A stretch of DNA of 64,000 nt, taken from positions 177,878 to 241,877 of the forward strand of contig JAHFMN010000001.1 of assembly GCA_023264445.1 (NCBI GenBank), read 5' to 3'. The first letter of the stretch is position 1. The number at the start of each line of letters is the position of its first letter. Below are positions 61,808 to 64,000 of the stretch, in pieces. A program made the translations under genes and the position numbers. This stretch comes from Candidatus Kaiserbacteria bacterium. Its GTDB lineage: Bacteria; Patescibacteriota; Minisyncoccia; Phycocordibacterales; Phycocordibacteraceae. Below the pieces are notes generated by a model that saw only the letters and a list, made by a program, of their open reading frames with translations, had not been told where the DNA came from and made no database searches.

Positions 61808-64000
61808 TTATGGCGTCGAGGGTATCGTGAGCAGATTCGCTGGGAATGGATTCTTGCCCGACTTTAGGGCTGTGATCTGGGGAGCGATTGTTGTTGCATT
61901 CTCGCTTGAGAGCGCAGCGATTGCCTGCAGTTGTGCAAGCGCAGCCGACATATTCCCCTGCTTCGCATAGACTGCTGCCAGGAAGTAGCGAGCATTCGCG
62001 AATTCTCCATTCGCCGAGATGGAAGCGGAAAGGGCTTCGACGGCACCCGGGAGGTCGTTCGACGCCGCTCGCAAGATACCGACCTGGAGGAGAATGCTCG
62101 GATCGTTCGGCGTGAAGTACGCAGCGGCAAGTGCGGCATCGAGCGCCTCTTTTACATTGCCGTCCTGGACCTCAAGCTGTGAGAGAAGGAAGATGGCGGG
62201 AGTGTAGTCCTGCTTGAGCGTGATGGCCGCTTTGAGGTCTTCCTTGGCTGCTTTGATATCTCTGTGGGCGACATCGAGCTGTGCAAGGATGAACGGTATC
62301 TGCGGATTCGTCGGATTGAGCTCCTGCGCTTTTGCGTACGCAGCCTTGGCACTGTCATATGCGCCAGTTACTCCGAGTGGGACCGCTTGACTGTACAAGT
62401 TCCCGAGCACGAGCCAATTCTGGTAATCGGAAGGAGCAAGATTTGTTGCGGTAAGAGCGACACTGATGCCGGAAGAGAGCGTTGTTTGAAATGCTTTCTG
62501 AGCCTCCGCAAGCGGCATCGTCGTAGAATTGACTATCTGACCGAGACGTTCGCGCGCGGTGCTCGCAGAAATCTGATACGCCCCAGCAGAAGGTGCAAAC
62601 GAGATTGCAGTCTGCGCTGCTGCATCGGCTGCATCAAGATTGCCGGAAGCAAAAGCGGCTCTCGCCGATGCGAGCTGGGTCGTGGCGATATAGTGTCCGA
62701 CGAGCGCATAGGCGGTCACGACTGACGCCAGGAGCAGAATCGTCAGTGAGAAGACGATGATGAAGCCGAGTCGCGGACTTCGCGAGAAGATGACGCCGAA
62801 CTGACTGCTTCCGGTGCCGAAGCGAGTCATCGATATGAACACGCCGGCGAAGAGGAACATGAGCGCCAATATGATGACGTTCGGCAGATCAAAGATCGCG
62901 AGAACGAAGAGATAGATTGATGCAATGAAGGAAAGCAGTGCCGCATAGCGGGCAAACGTGTCTTGTGGAGTGCGCAGGACGAGCATCCGTACGCCGTAAA
63001 AGATAAACAGCGCGAAGAATGCGATCCATGCGAGTACGCCCACGAGCCCGGTCGTCGCTACGGATGTCGGGATGAAGCCGATACCGGAGGAAAAGTCGAG
63101 GTTCCAGAAGACGGTTGAGTTGAGCGCCGCATCGCGGTATTTCAGCCATTCTACTCCAAACGTGCCCGGGCCCGTACCGAAGACCGGAGCGGTGGAAAAC
63201 GTCTTTTGTGCGACTAGGTAGGTCGACTGCCAGGACGGACGGACGTTCAGTTCATTCACATGGAGCGTCTGCGCGAGAGCGCTGCCGAGCGTCCCGCCAA
63301 TGAGAAAGAACAGGGAAATGGCGAGTATGGCGAGCGGCAAGACGAGCGAACGGCTTCCCTCCTCACTTGTGAGCGGCTGTTCGTCAATGACCGTGATGTC
63401 GTCGAGGTCGCTGTCTGCCGTGTGAGATCTTCGTTGCATCACCGACTCAACGAAGAGTCCAAGCGATGCGAGGGCGAGCAACACCCAGACGAGAGAGACG
63501 TTTGCACTGGCAATAAGGACGAGCGCGCCGGCACCGCTTATAAGAAGCATGCGACGCGTACGCTCAGAAAGTTCCACCTCGCGCAGCGTGATGAGAATGC
63601 CGATAACGCCAAGACCGAGGAGAGAGGCGAGGTCTCTGAAGGAGCCGACGACCGAGAAGGACGGGGAGATGGTGCTTGGAGCGACTTGTCCGACAATGAC
63701 GATCAAGAGCTCGACGGCGACCACCGCACCAAACGCCCAGGCACAGACTTGTAGGAAGAAGCGTATCTGTTCGAGGTGTCGCAGCATGAGTGCGGCGAGG
63801 GTGCCGAGAACGGCCGCGATGAGCATGAAGCCGAGCGTATCCGACTCAAGCATCGTTCCCCAGAGTGCACTCGTAAACGGAATGCCGGAAAAAACAGATG
63901 AAAGTACGTAGGCGAGGACAGGAAGCCAGAGTGCACCGATAAGTATGGATGGCGGAAGAATCACATTTCCGCGCGCCAGGCGCGCGAGGATATAGAGTGC
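61808..64000 (-). CDS. Multi-TM (O-antigen-ligase-like) protein with C-terminal TPR repeats, 5' end outside window
   Basis: PVFGTGPGTF and TTGLVG motifs, TPR-like helices; frame stays open to the window edge. Confidence 0.75.
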   Translation of the reverse strand, partial: ALYILARLARGNVILPPSILIGALWLPVLAYVLSSVFSGIPFTSALWGTMLESDTLGFMLIAAVLGTLAALMLRHLEQIRFFLQVCAWAFGAVVAVELLIVIVGQVAPSTISPSFSVVGSFRDLASLLGLGVIGILITLREVELSERTRRMLLISGAGALVLIASANVSLVWVLLALASLGLFVESVMQRRSHTADSDLDDITVIDEQPLTSEEGSRSLVLPLAILAISLFFLIGGTLGSALAQTLHVNELNVRPSWQSTYLVAQKTFSTAPVFGTGPGTFGVEWLKYRDAALNSTVFWNLDFSSGIGFIPTSVATTGLVGVLAWIAFFALFIFYGVRMLVLRTPQDTFARYAALLSFIASIYLFVLAIFDLPNVIILALMFLFAGVFISMTRFGTGSSQFGVIFSRSPRLGFIIVFSLTILLLASVVTAYALVGHYIATTQLASARAAFASGNLDAADAAAQTAISFAPSAGAYQISASTARERLGQIVNSTTMPLAEAQKAFQTTLSSGISVALTATNLAPSDYQNWLVLGNLYSQAVPLGVTGAYDSAKAAYAKAQELNPTNPQIPFILAQLDVAHRDIKAAKEDLKAAITLKQDYTPAIFLLSQLEVQDGNVKEALDAALAAAYFTPNDPSILLQVGILRAASNDLPGAVEALSASISANGEFANARYFLAAVYAKQGNMSAALAQLQAIAALSSENATTIAPQITALKSGKNPFPANLLTIPSTP

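Noticed and set aside
1-64000. Alternative genetic code (UGA read as Gly) given the tRNA-Gly oddities
   Set aside because: Core genes are uninterrupted in code 11 and several end in TGA (infB, lepB, rlmB).

Overview
64 kb of bacterial chromosome in standard genetic code 11. Gene content and style point to a Patescibacteria/CPR (Parcubacteria-type) genome; this is inferred from short ValS/IF2/S1 proteins, VirB2-like pilin arrays and mostly SD-less core genes. Core genes: clpB, rpmG, infB, rbfA, gyrA, rpsA, pth, lepB, rpsU, ybeY, ftsA, ftsZ, trxB, rlmB, tsaD, valS, lepA, murJ, miaA, ahpC. There are 11 intact-looking tRNAs, one interrupted tRNA, six tandem pilin-like genes, a Cys-rich repeat surface protein and several small accessory genes. 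I saw no CRISPR array, rRNA, prophage or transposase. The most unusual signal is non-coding, a set of small structured palindromic insertions. (1) Two ~143-nt multi-hairpin elements (7536-7679 and 33779-33920) share a core with compensatory base changes, and each has its own perfect 18-bp terminal inverted repeat. (2) Exactly 79-nt modules sit in front of tRNA-Lys and tRNA-Leu, with a related 90-nt module before tRNA-Glu. They have the architecture target-cap-inverted target-cap-target, also seen as a 24-nt in-frame insert in rbfA. (3) A complete tRNA-Gly(CCC) lies between 12-bp inverted repeats with a 3-bp target duplication, inside the anticodon loop of another tRNA-Gly. Product calls come from motif recognition by eye, not database searches.
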